The notes under the pieces are model-generated. The model saw nothing but the letters and a program-made list of their open reading frames with translations. It was not told the DNA's origin and did no database searches. A stretch of 63,902 nt of DNA, filler included, from Chiloscyllium plagiosum (taxonomy: Eukaryota): assembly GCF_004010195.1 (NCBI RefSeq). It is 4 parts of one record of this genome, joined end to end, with 100 filler letters (N's around TTAATTAATTAA, not from the genome) between each part and the next. Parts side by side here need not be neighbours in the genome. Positions count along the whole stretch, not along the records: positions 1 to 18,853 come from NC_057712.1; positions 18,954 to 42,583 come from NC_057712.1; 2 more parts are not named here. One strand, 5' to 3'. How positions within the stretch are numbered: position 1 is the first letter of the stretch; every line of letters starts with the position of its first letter. The position numbers were made by a program, and so were the translations under genes. Positions 12,201 through 24,200 of this stretch are shown one piece after another.

Positions 12201-15200
12201 GTATTCCTTTCTCCCTGGATTGAATTCCACCCAATGTGAATGACAGGTCATTAGGGTGAAACATTAATTCTGTTCTCTCATCGCAAAAACAGAAGTTGCT
12301 GGAAAAGCACAGCAGGACTGGCAGCATCCATGAAGAGAGGTCATAGTTAACATTACGGGTCTAATGACCCTTCCTCAGAGCTGATAGTAGCTAGGAAAAT
12401 GTCAGTTTATATGCAGTCAATAGGATGGGGGGAGGGGGTGGGTAAGGAGTAAACAATGAGTGGGGATAGAGCCCAAAGAGAGAGAAGAACATTTGGACAG
12501 ACAAAGGAGTGGATAACAAACTGGCTAGGAGGGTGAATATCTGTTAATGGAGACTGTTAGTAGCTAACAATAGGCCGTGTGGAATGGCAGACTATGTGAT
12601 GATAAGCAGGAAAATCAACATTTCGGGCAAAAGCCCTTCATCAGTATCTGAGAGTCCCTCCTCCCCGTAGCAGAGCTGTCAGTTTACTTCCACAACATGA
12701 ATCGCAGTGGTTCAGGCTGTATATTCCTGATGACGGGCTTTTTGCCCGAAATGTTGATTTTACTGCTCCTTGGATGCTGCCTGAACTGCTGTGCTCTTCC
12801 AGCACCACTAATCCAGAATCTGGTTTCCAGCATCTGCAGTCATTGTTTTTGTCTATGTGATGATAAGGTCTGGTGTGTGGGGTCGTGGCCTAGGACATGG
12901 AGAGCTGATGCTCCCTGACCTGTTAAAGTGGTTCAAGCAGTTTTTGTTTATGCTTCTGATGAACATTTCATTCATAATTATTAACCTTTCTTTATTAAAA
13001 TATTTCTCACTTGATAATAATCATTAAAGTAAATAGTCCTGTACATAGCACTCACCTGTCAATGGCCTTCTGAATTATTCATGGGATGTAGATGTATTTG
13101 CAAGGTCAGCATTTATTGCCCATTCCTAATTACCCGTGAGAACATGGGTGAGCTGTCTTCCTGAACCATTGCGATTCATGTTGTGGAAGTACACTGACAG
13201 CTTTATTACGGGGAGGAGGGATTCTCGGATACTGATCCAGCAACAGGGAAAGGAAGGAAACATGCTTCAAAATCGGGACGGTGTGTGACTTGGAGGGGAA
13301 TTTGTAAGTGTTGGCGTTCCCATGCATCTGCTCTTCTTGTCCTTGGTGGAGAGGTTGCCAGTGGTATTCTGGTGCTTTATTCATCAAGGTAAGTGGACAA
13401 TATTCCATCACAATCCTGGTCAAAGCCTTGTAGATAGTGGACACACTCTGGGGTAGCAAGTTGTAGTAATACAGTCGGTTCTGCTAGAACACATGTTTCT
13501 TCAACGCGAATTGGCTTTAACACCATTGAAGAATTTAAGACCGTTATTTGCAGTACGCGAACTTTCCTTACCCGTATTGGCTATAACGTGATTCCGGTCT
13601 CATCCGTTTAAATGGTGCGGCTATTGCGCGATTTTCTTCTAACTCAAGATCACATGACAACAGACCTATCACGTTATCTCAGAACCACTGTACTTTCTCT
13701 AAGGCTATTCCAGGTCAGTATCTGATGAATGCTGACCCCTAAGATACTGATGATGACGGTAGGGTGGGTGAAGTTGGGGGGAGGGGACAATTCAGTCATG
13801 GTCATTTTCTCCTGCATTTCTAAGAATGGTAATTGTCTAGCATTAGTGTGATGCACATGTTACTTTCCTTGTATTACCTCAAGAGGAATGTTCTCCAGGT
13901 CTTGCTGTGGATAAGGATTGCTTCACTATATGAGGTAGGTTGAATGGAACTGAACACTGTCCAATCCCCGACCCCATTTCTGACACTTTAGTGGAAGTAG
14001 TGATTGCTCATGCAGCTGAAGATGGTTGGGGTGAGGAAGCTGTCCTGAGGGACCCTGCAACAATATTCTGGGGGTGATCTGATGTCTTCCATCAAACACA
14101 AACAGGTTACTTTGTGATTGATGAAAGACATTCAGGCTGGGGGAGGTAGGGTAAGCTACATGTCACGCCATGAGGTTGTTGATTAGGGTGATGCTGCTGC
14201 TGTTGATGGCCCACAGTACCACAGAAATACTTAGGTTTGAATTTTTGGAACTGTCCTCATGTAACATGATGACGTGAACATATAGCGTGTGGTAAATAGA
14301 TTGGTGAGTTGCAATTTGACAATGTGGAAATATAATGTTATAGAGATAGCAGGCAAACATCAAACTTAAAGGAGGTTATGACTGGATGTTACACACTTCT
14401 GGATACAAGATGTCCAAGTAAGATAGGAGAGGAAAGAGTGGGTGAGGGATTGCACCATTAATTATAAAGAATATTCAAGTGCTGGAGGGAGATGATCTAC
14501 CCGTGAGGTCAAAGATGGAATTTATTCAGCTAGAGTTAAGGAACAACATAGCCTGCAATAACATTACTCCGTGCAGTCGATTGGCCACTAATTAATGGGA
14601 AAGAAGCAGAGAAATGAACTTTTAAGAAAATTACAGCGAAGTGCTCAAAACATAGAATAGTTGTAATGGTGACTTTAAGTATCTATAGTGGTGTAAAGAC
14701 AGAGACAGCAAGAGTATCTTCAGTACGTTCAGGAGAATTTTTGACAGCAATGTTTGTCCAGTTCAATGAGAAAGAGGCATTGCTAAATCTGGTCTTGGCA
14801 ATACAGAGGGTCTAGTAAATTTCCAGCATCCACTGTTCTTTGGTTTGTTTTTGGTTCTTTTGTTCAAGTAGACTGAGTGTCAGCTGGGCAACTTTTAGGG
14901 ACAGTGATCATTCCATCACAAGGTTTAATTTCTTTATGGAAAAAGGGAAAGTAGGAGTTCAGAATGACAATATTCAACTGGAAAAGATCTTCCGAATGCA
15001 AATAAATAATAAAAACGTGGTAAAAGGAGGGGCTTAAAAGGGAATTGTGTATGAATAGCTGAAGAATTGAATGAATACTTTGCATCTGTCTTTACCAAGG
15101 AAAAAGATCCTGCACAGCTCACAGTGGAAGAGGAGGTAGTTCAAACTGCTAAGGAGCTGGTACCGGATAGGCTGTCTGCATTTAGGGTTGATAAGACCTT

Positions 15201-18200
15201 ATAATTGGCTGAGAGATATCTGAGGATATTGAGGGACATGAGAGTCAGAGAATCCCTGACTCTCTGTCTGGAAGCAGGCCCATTAAGTGAACACTGATCT
15301 TCTGAAAAGTATCCCCTCAGACCTACCCAATCCCTGTAATGCAGCGATTCCCATGGCTAATCCACCTAGTCTGCACATCCCTGGCAATTTAACATGGCCA
15401 ATCCACCCAACTTCCACATCTTTGGGCTGTGCAAGGAAACTGGAGCACCCAGAGAACGCAGACACGGAGAGAATATGCAAACTCCACACAGACAGTTACC
15501 CAAGGCTAGAATCGATCCTGGGACCCTGGTGCTGTGAGGCAGCAGTGTTAACCACCCAGCTGCCCTTGTGGGCCTAATGAAGACAGTCTGTCTACTTTCA
15601 ATCCTGTTCAGGTGTCTCTGGAAAGTCTAGCATTAATTGCCCAGAAACTGAGTTGATTTGCTCTCAGGGCAATTAAGAGTCAGCTATATCTGTGGTGTGG
15701 ACTGACAGTGATATTCACTCATCAACAAGAAACAGATGCAACTGTGAAAACGTTAACCTGTCCTACTCTTTTAATTTCCTCTTGATCAAGGGAGTTTCTC
15801 ATGTTTCTGTTCAGAATTGCTCTACAGAGCACTTGCATGTATGTTTTTGTCCCATTTGTGTTATGTGTCTGTTGTTAAGGGGGATATAGTTGAATTCAGA
15901 CAAGATTCGTCAATAACCACTTTACCACTTGTTTGAAGAATATGTTTGCATATATTAGATGTGTTATTATTGAGTTTTTGGAAAGCTTGGAAAAGGCTCT
16001 TTTACTCTAACCAACAATAATAAAGAGAAACATATGGATCATTTTGGTGATTGAATAAGTTGTTTATACTTTTGCGGGAGCTAGTGAATGTGATTTATTT
16101 AGACTTTCAGAAGGTTTTAGATGAAGTCCCACCTAAGGGAATATTATTTAAAATTAAAGCACATGGGATTGGAGGTAGTGTATTGAGATGGATAGAAAAT
16201 TAGTTGACAGACAAGAAACAAAGAGTAGGGAAAATATAAGCCTTTATCTGAGAGGCAGCCAGTGAGTAGTGGGATACTGCAGGGATCAGTGCTTGGACCC
16301 CAGCTATACACAATATATGTAAATGATTTAGATGAGGGAACTAAATGTAATATCTAAAACTTTGCAGATGGCACAAAGCTGAGTGAGAGGGTGAGCTGTG
16401 AGGAGAATACAGAGATATTGCATTTGGACAAGCTGAGTGAATGGGCAACTACATGTCAGATGTAATATAATGTGGATAATTATAAGAATATCCACTTTGA
16501 AATTAAAAATGGGAAAGCAGATTTATAATCTGAATGGTTGTAAATTGAGAGAGGACAATTTCCATCAGACCTGGGTGTCCTTGTATATCAGTCACTGAAA
16601 GTAAGCCTGCAGGGACAACAAGCAGTGAAGAAGGCAAATGTCATGCTGGCTAGAGGATTCAAGTACAGGAACAAGGATGACTTGCTGCAATCATACAGGG
16701 CATTAGCAAGGACACACCTGGAGTATTGTGTGCAGTTTTGGTCTCCTTATCTGAGGAAGGGTGTTCTGGTGATGGAGAGAATGCAGCAAAGGGTTACCAA
16801 ATGATTCCTGGGATGGCAGGACTGACAGATGAAGAGAGATTGAGTCGTTAGGATTATATTCGCTGGAGTTTGAAAGAATAAGGGGGTTCTCATTGAAACC
16901 TAATAGCACTTTGAGTGTTCCTACATCACATGGATGCACTAGTTCAAGACACTGGGGATGGACAATAAATGCTGGCCTCACAGCAATGCCCACATCCCAT
17001 GAATAAATACAGAAACAATCCCAAACATTACCAGCTTCTGTACCTGTTTAGAACCTGTTAATCCTTAACTTCCTTCATTTCTGATACAATGGTGTTGATC
17101 TGAAATGTTAACTTTGCTTTCTAATCCACACGTATTATCAGACTCATGTCAGCATTTTCCATTTTTACTTCATTTGTTAGAACCCTCACTAATTTTTCAT
17201 TACTTTTATTCCTTTAACAGTTTTGAACTATAAGCTGTAAATCACTGGTAGACGTTGGGGTAGCTTGCATTAAAAAGAAAAGAACAAACCAAATAAGCTT
17301 TATTTGGTTCGGAGACCAGGCCTGGAGGCTGATTGCAGGCAGAGCCTTGATTAAAATGGTTCTAACAGACACAGCAACCCTGGGAAGAACAGTGCGTTTA
17401 ACCAGACAGCAGAGGTTAGCTGCGAGTCCAGTACCTGGGGACTGGTTCCAGCAAGTCTGGAAGAGAATCTACGTTCAAGCAGATGGCAATTGTTGAATGG
17501 TAAGTGAAGCCTCAGGAAGATTCAATCAAACTATCAGAGTGACAGCAGAATTAAAGTTTTGGTTTGAAATGTGTTTCTGAGTGATAGTTCGGTGCTACTG
17601 CTGAGACAGCATGAAGATTTCAAAGCTAAATTTCAAAGCCTAATCTAATACACCAAGTTCTGGAAGCTCAGTAAAAAGCTAAGTTAGAAATATTGCTGCC
17701 TTTGCCTGTGTGAGTCCACATTTATGACAATGAAATAACACATGGTGAAGGACAGTGAAGTGATCTGGTCAGCTTTGTTATTTTCTTTTGTTTCTACCTT
17801 ATTTGTTTGTCTCCTTTTTGTGTGAATGGGGCTAGAATTTGAAATGAATTTGAATTTAATTTGAATTTGGATTCAATTTATTGTCATGTGTACTGAGGCA
17901 TGGTGAAAAGCCGTGTCTTGCGAGCAGTACAGGCAGATCAGAGAGTTAAATAGCATAGATAAACAAATAATACTTAAACAGTGGCAAAAACAAAAACACA
18001 GGTACAGGCAAATACTAGGAGTTTGTGAGTCCATTCAGTATTCTAATAACAAACGTTTCGTCCCCTGGCTAGGCGACATCATCAGTGCTTGGGAGCCTCC
18101 TGCGAAGCGCTTCTTTGATGTTTCCTCTGGTGTTTATAGTGGTCTGTCCCTGCCGCTTCCGGTTGTCAGTTTCAGCTGTCCGCTGTAGTGGTTGGTATAT

Positions 18201-21200
18201 TGGGTCCAGGTCGATGTGTTTGTTGATGGAGTTTGTGGATGAATGCCATGCCTCTAGGAATTCCCTGGCTGTTCTCTGTCTGGCTTGCCCTATGATAAGT
18301 AGTGTTGTCCCAGTCAAATTCACACACACGCAGACAACAAGCAACATGAAATCGACTGGGACAACACTACTATCATAGGGCAAGCCAGACAGAGAACAGC
18401 CAGGGAATTCCTAAAGGCATGGCATCCATCCACAAACTCCATCAACAAACACATCCACCTGGACCCAATATACCAACCACTACAGCGGACAGCTGAAACT
18501 GACAACCGGAAGCGGCAGGGACAGACCACTATAAAACCAGAGGAAACATCAAAGAAGCGCTTCGCAGGAGGCTCCCAAGCACTGATGATGTCACCTAGAC
18601 AGGGGACGAAACGTTTGCAACAAAAACTTCCAACTCGGCGAACAGAACCACAACAAAGTGGTACTAAGTAAACTGTTAGACCTGTGAACTGACAAATCCT
18701 CGGGATTTGATGGATTTCAGCCTAAGCTCTGAACTAAAGTGACTAGTGAGATTTTTGATGCATTCATTTTATTTCTCAGTCTTCCTTAGATTCTGGGAAT
18801 GTTCGATTGGATTGGAAAATCCCAGGATGTAATTCATTTAGTTACAAAGAGAGNNNNNNNNNNNNNNNNNNNNNNNNNNNNNNNNNNNNNNNNNNNNTTA
18901 ATTAATTAANNNNNNNNNNNNNNNNNNNNNNNNNNNNNNNNNNNNNNNNNNNNTGCTGGCAGGTGGGACTAGATTGGGTTGGGATATCTGGTCGGCATGG
19001 ACCGGTTGGACCGAAGGGTCTGTTTCCATGCTGTACATCTCTATGACTCTATTACTTACCACCATAGCAGGGAGGGGAAAATTCTACCCAATCTATCCAG
19101 GTACTTAATTCCTCCTGCATATTGTTTCGCATTAATGGGATGCTCGAAGTATCTTTCACCATAAAGACTGATTTGGACCGAAGGGTCTGTTTCCATGCTG
19201 TACATCTCTATGACTCTATTACTTACCACCATAGCAGGGAGGGGAAAATTCTACCCAATCTATCCAGGTACTTAATTCCTCCTGCATATTGTTTCGCATT
19301 AATGGGATGCTCGAAGTATCTTTCACCATAAAGACTGATGTAAACTTTCTGTTTAACCTCTCTGCCATTTCCTTGTTCCTCAGAACTGTTTGAACCATGA
19401 CCATCAACACAGTAATAAGAGTACTGCCCACTGAGCTGCTTATGATTCCCATCTACACCTTAATGAATCTGTTTCACAATGCTATCTCCTGAATTCATAC
19501 TATAGGGCTACATTTTATTTGTGCTCTTGTCAAGTTAGAAGTCGTTCTGAATTTGTTTATTAGTTTTATTAGTTTATGCATTCAGCTTCTCCAACAATCA
19601 GCTTTTCAAATTGAAATAATACATTAGATTAGATTACATTACAGTGTGGAAACAGGCTCTTCAGCCCAACAAGTCCACACTGACCTGCCGAAGCGCAACC
19701 CACCCAGACCCATTCCCCCACATTCACCCCTTCACCTAACACTACAGGCAATTTAGCATGGCCAATTCACCTAACCCGCACATTTTTGGATTGTGGGAGG
19801 AAACCGGAGCACCCGGAGGAAACCCACGCAGACACGGGGAGAAGGTGCAAACTCCACACAGAGAGTCGCCAGAGGCTGGAATTGAACCCCGGTCTCTGGT
19901 GCTGTGAGGCTGCAGTGCTAACCTCTGTGCCACCGTGCCGTCCACTATGCCACCGTGCCGCCCACATGTGGAAGTACCATTGACCAAAACACGCAGCCCC
20001 ACAGTTCCCTGGTGAGTTACCTTATATTTCACTTGTAGCAATTCATAGTAAAGGTTACTGATGTCATCCTCCAGATTAGCTTGGAACTTGATGATGTTCC
20101 TGTCTTTCATGGCCTCAGAGTAGAGTACACTGGATTTTAAGTTCTGGAAACTGGGTATCAAGATTTGGTAGAGAGCCAGTTCCTCAGGAGGGACAGGGAC
20201 ACTAAACTCTTTGGCAATGGCATAAAATTGAGTCACAGCTGCAAACTCTCTCTCCAACATGGGCATATCTGCCCCGATGTGAGACAAGAACATCAGGTGC
20301 TCCCCAAACAAATCAATAGTGTCTGGTTCCTTATCAAGTCTTTGGATAGCATCTGCAATGACCTAGAAATAAAGCAAGTATTTTAACAATATCAATACAG
20401 TCACATTCTCGCTTGTAGTCAACCATGCAGCAATATAGTGAAGCAATGGCCTAGCAGTATGGTCACTGGATTAGTAATCAGAGACGATGGGTGAGAATTC
20501 TACCACAGAAGAATTCAATAAAAATCTGGAATTAAAAGGTAATGATGACTATGAATGCCATAATGTGGAGGTGCTGGTTTTGGACTGGGGTGGACAAGGT
20601 CAGAAGTCACAGAACACCAGGTTATAGTCCAACAGGTTTATCTGAAATCACTAACTGTTGGAGTGCTGCACCTTCATCAGGCCTCATCTGATGAACTAGC
20701 AGCACTCTGAAAGCTTGTGATGTCAAAAAAAACCTGTTGGACCATAACCTAGCATTGTGTGACTTCTGACAATGATCATGAAAGCATTGCAGATTGTTGT
20801 AATTGGCTAATGTCCTGCAGGGAAGGAAACCTGTTGCCCTGACCTGGTGTGGCTTAACAGCTATAAAGCCTAAAGAAGTCAATGAAAACTGCCTCCCTAA
20901 TGGTATTATGAGGATACTTACATTAAACACACAGCTCCTCACCACCTTCTCAAGGACAATTAGAAATGCACAATAACTTGATGAATAAATTCCTGGTGAA
21001 GGGCTTTTGTCCAAAACGTCGATTTTCCTGCTCCTCAGATGCTGCCTGACCTGCTGTGCTTTTCCAGCACCACTCTAATCTAGACTCTGGGTTCCAACAT
21101 CTGCAGTCCTCACTTTTGCCTAATGCACAATAAGTGCTGGCCCAGCCAACGACACCCACATTGCATGAGTGAATAAACAAAATCTCCAATTCCTCAGGGT

Positions 21201-24200
21201 GATAATGTCTTAAGCTGTTTCTTTTGATGATTTCTTTATGAATTTATTATGCTTAACAAAGTATCAGTCTTGGGAATGCATGACACCATGGTCTCTTCTA
21301 ATCAGCAGACAGAGGAATCTTTCCACCGGCGCTAAACTCAATGTGAACCAAGGTCCCATCCTACATAATGTGACATTGTTAAAATAACCATAGCAGAGCT
21401 GTATGGTAAAAGGCTGCATTTCAGAATTGGATTTATCAAATGATTTCCAATGACGATGAGCAGCAAGGTACCATGGGGAAATGGGGAAATATTCCCCTCT
21501 GTCAGCATGGTCTAGATTGTGGTCACACTCCTTGGAACCCACTGAAATGTCTTACGCAGATTCACTCCCATCAATCTTCATTTCTGCTTTAGTCAGAGTA
21601 ATAATACATATGGGGAAGGATGCCTATAGAAACTGATGCCCACACAGAGTGATCAGGTAGTATTGTCACACTCAAGGAATCATTCTTTATAAGTTAGGTC
21701 CCAGATACAACCATCATCATTCTCTGGCTATGTACTATCCTACCACCAGGAAAGGCTCACCAGAGTTACTGTCACAGTGCTATACCATCAGGAGGGAGAC
21801 TACAATAGCATGCTAGAGTTAGGTGATTAAGGGAGTGAGGAGAGGATATGGAAAAGATGCTCAATTATTTTTACTTTATTTTCTTTTTCTAAATCTTCAG
21901 CTTTCAAGAATTGATTCGTATTCTCTTTTAGAAGAATAATTTGATGAGTCAAGAGTGTGGTGCTGGAAAGCACAGCAGGTTAGGCAGCATCAGAATTCTT
22001 GATGAAGGGCTTTTCGAAATCAACGAAATGTTAACTCTCCTGCTCCCCGGATGCCTGGACTGCTGTGCTTTTCCAGCACCACACTCTCGACTCTAATCTC
22101 CAGCATCTGCAGTCCTCACTTTCACCTATTTATTTGACAAGTATATGCAATTGATTGTGGCCCTGGGTAGTGTTGTCGCACAGAGAGACCTAGGGGTTCA
22201 GGTACACAGTTCATTGAAAGTGCATCATAAGTAGACAAGGTGGCAATGGCAGCATTTACAGTTTGCCTTCATTGCTCCAACCGTTGAGTATAGAAGTTGG
22301 GATGTCATTTTGAAGTTGTACAGGATGTTGGTCAGGCCACTTTTGGAGTCCTGTGGACAGTCCTAGTCGGCCTGCTATAGGAAGGATATTATTAAATTGG
22401 AAAAGGTTCAGATGTTGCAGGGACTGAAGCATTTGAGTTATGGGGAAAGACTGGATAGGTTGAGACTTGCTTCAGAGGAGCATAGGAGATTGAGTGGTGG
22501 GGGTTTATAAAATCATGAGAATCACAGATAAAGTGAATAGCAAAGGTCTTTTCCCTAGAGTTGGGGAGTTCAAAACTAGAGGGCATAATTTTAAAGTGAG
22601 AGGAAAATATTTAAACAGAATGGAGGAGCAACCTTTTGAAACAGATTGTGGTTCGTATGTGGAATGAACTGCCAGAGGAAGTGGGAGATGCAGGTACAGT
22701 TATAACATTTTGAAGACATTTGGACAGGTACACAAATAGGAAGGATTTAGAAGGATATGAGTCAAGTGCAAGCAAATGGTACTAGTCTAGTTTGGGAAAC
22801 TTGGTCAGCATGGACGAGTAGGACTGAAGGGTCTGTTTCCATGTTATACGACTTTATGACTCTAGGTGACTTGGGTTTATTTTTCTAAATTATTGTAATG
22901 ATGATCAACAGAGTATAGCAACTGGTGGTAATGTTCATGAAAAAATAAAAATATAAGTATACATATAATTGAATAAAATAATTAGGTAGCTAATTAAAAC
23001 CCACTCAGGATGGCAGGGGAGAAGATAGACCACAACGGTAACATATGGAGGATCACAGATAGCAGTTGAGAGTGTGTTGCTGGAAAAGCACAGCAGGTCA
23101 GGCAGCATCCAAGGAGCAGGAAAATCAACATTTCAGGCCAGAGCCCATCAACTGGAGCCCTTCACCTGGAGCCATTGATGAAGGGCTCTGGCCTGAAACG
23201 TCGATTTTCCTGCTCCTTGAGGGCTGCCTGACCTGCTGTGCTTTTCCAGCAACACACTCTCAACTCTGATCTCCAGCATCTGCAGACCTCACTGGTTCCG
23301 AGATAGCAGCTTGGTCTGGGAAAGCCATTGCTTCCCTATGTGAAGTCTGAGCAGCTTCAGCAGCCACAGCCATTGTGCCACAAGTTTGAAGTTCTTTCAG
23401 GGTGAGGGTGGCTGTGCTAACTGACCATGGAACCATTCAAGTGAGGGAGAGAAAAGGAATATAGTGGCAATAAACATTGCTATAGTCAGAGAGATTGAAA
23501 CTGTTCCTGCAGCAAAGAGCAAGTGATGCTTGTTTGGTTCCAGGGTTTGAGACACTTTCTTGGGACTTGTGGAAGGAAATTGTAGATTTTTATTCTAAGA
23601 ATTAAGTGATATTTGCATACTAGAAGTAAAGGCAGGGTTTTAAGTTTGTGTGGAGTGAACTTTATGTAACTTATTGTGTAGTGTTTATAGACACTTGTGT
23701 AATATGGAGACAGTATTAACAAAAAAATTCTAAGAATGGCTTGGAAGCAGAAAATGGAGGAAGATGCTGATAAGGGAAGAGAACTGCAACATCCAAGGTG
23801 AGACTGGTTGTTTATCCCCTAGCTGGGTAAAGAAGACTTTAACACATTAACCCTGAGGGACAGCTCTTTATTTGTTGTGTACAGAAAGAGATTGGAATGT
23901 TAATGGGAGAATAGTACAAGAAACTCAACTTTTTTCTGTTTTAGAGTTTTGCTTCAGTTTACAACTGAGTGAGATCTCTCCTCGCATCATTGGAATAAAA
24001 CAGTTGTAAAAACCTATACTCAATCTCTAGCAGTAGATTATTTAAAAATCAAGAATTTGCAGGGTGAGGGGAAAGCATCCAGATGCCATGATCCACGTAG
24101 GTACTAATTATATAGGCTGAACCAAGAGGGAGTGTGTACATAGACAATGTCAGGAGTTAGGTGCCAAATGATCAAAGAGAACCTCAAAGCTCATGATGCA

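Larger units (their letters stand above)
12607..12852. mobile_element. Fold-back Penelope-derived miniature element with two opposed hammerhead cores
   Basis: 15-bp TSD ctatgtgatgataag at 12592-12606 and 12853-12867; inverted arms; inserted in an older PLE-like repeat (~12285-12930). Confidence 0.8.
18050..18655. mobile_element. Penelope-like element 3' end arranged as a ~565-bp palindrome (GIY-YIG C-terminus plus hammerhead)
   Basis: Arms ~18050-18321 and ~18348-18617; peptide IIGQARQRTAREFLEAWHSSTNSINKHIDLDPIYQPL resembles a PLE endonuclease C-terminus. Confidence 0.85.

Noticed and set aside
13056..13075. CAG|GTGAGT donor suggesting a microexon upstream of the AAA2 exon
   Set aside because: Weak acceptor, abuts a repeat tail, no homology evidence.
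17230..17830. Possible additional LTR remnants (also ~23500-24000 and ~32080-32470)
   Set aside because: Composition is suggestive but I could not define termini or TSDs.
18898..18909. TTAATTAATTAA as a homeodomain site or piggyBac TTAA target
   Set aside because: Always centred in exactly 44 N on each side; it is a synthetic linker.
19880..19965. tRNA gene-like sequences (also at ~2877, 15500, 31580, 35860, 52710, 60312)
   Set aside because: These are SINE heads followed by a SINE body and tail, not standalone tRNA genes.
19742..20020. C-terminal extension of the 189-aa ORF (HGGIVDGTVAQRLALQPHS...)
   Set aside because: Read-through past the splice donor at 20020 into an HE1-type SINE; the same peptide recurs in other SINE copies.
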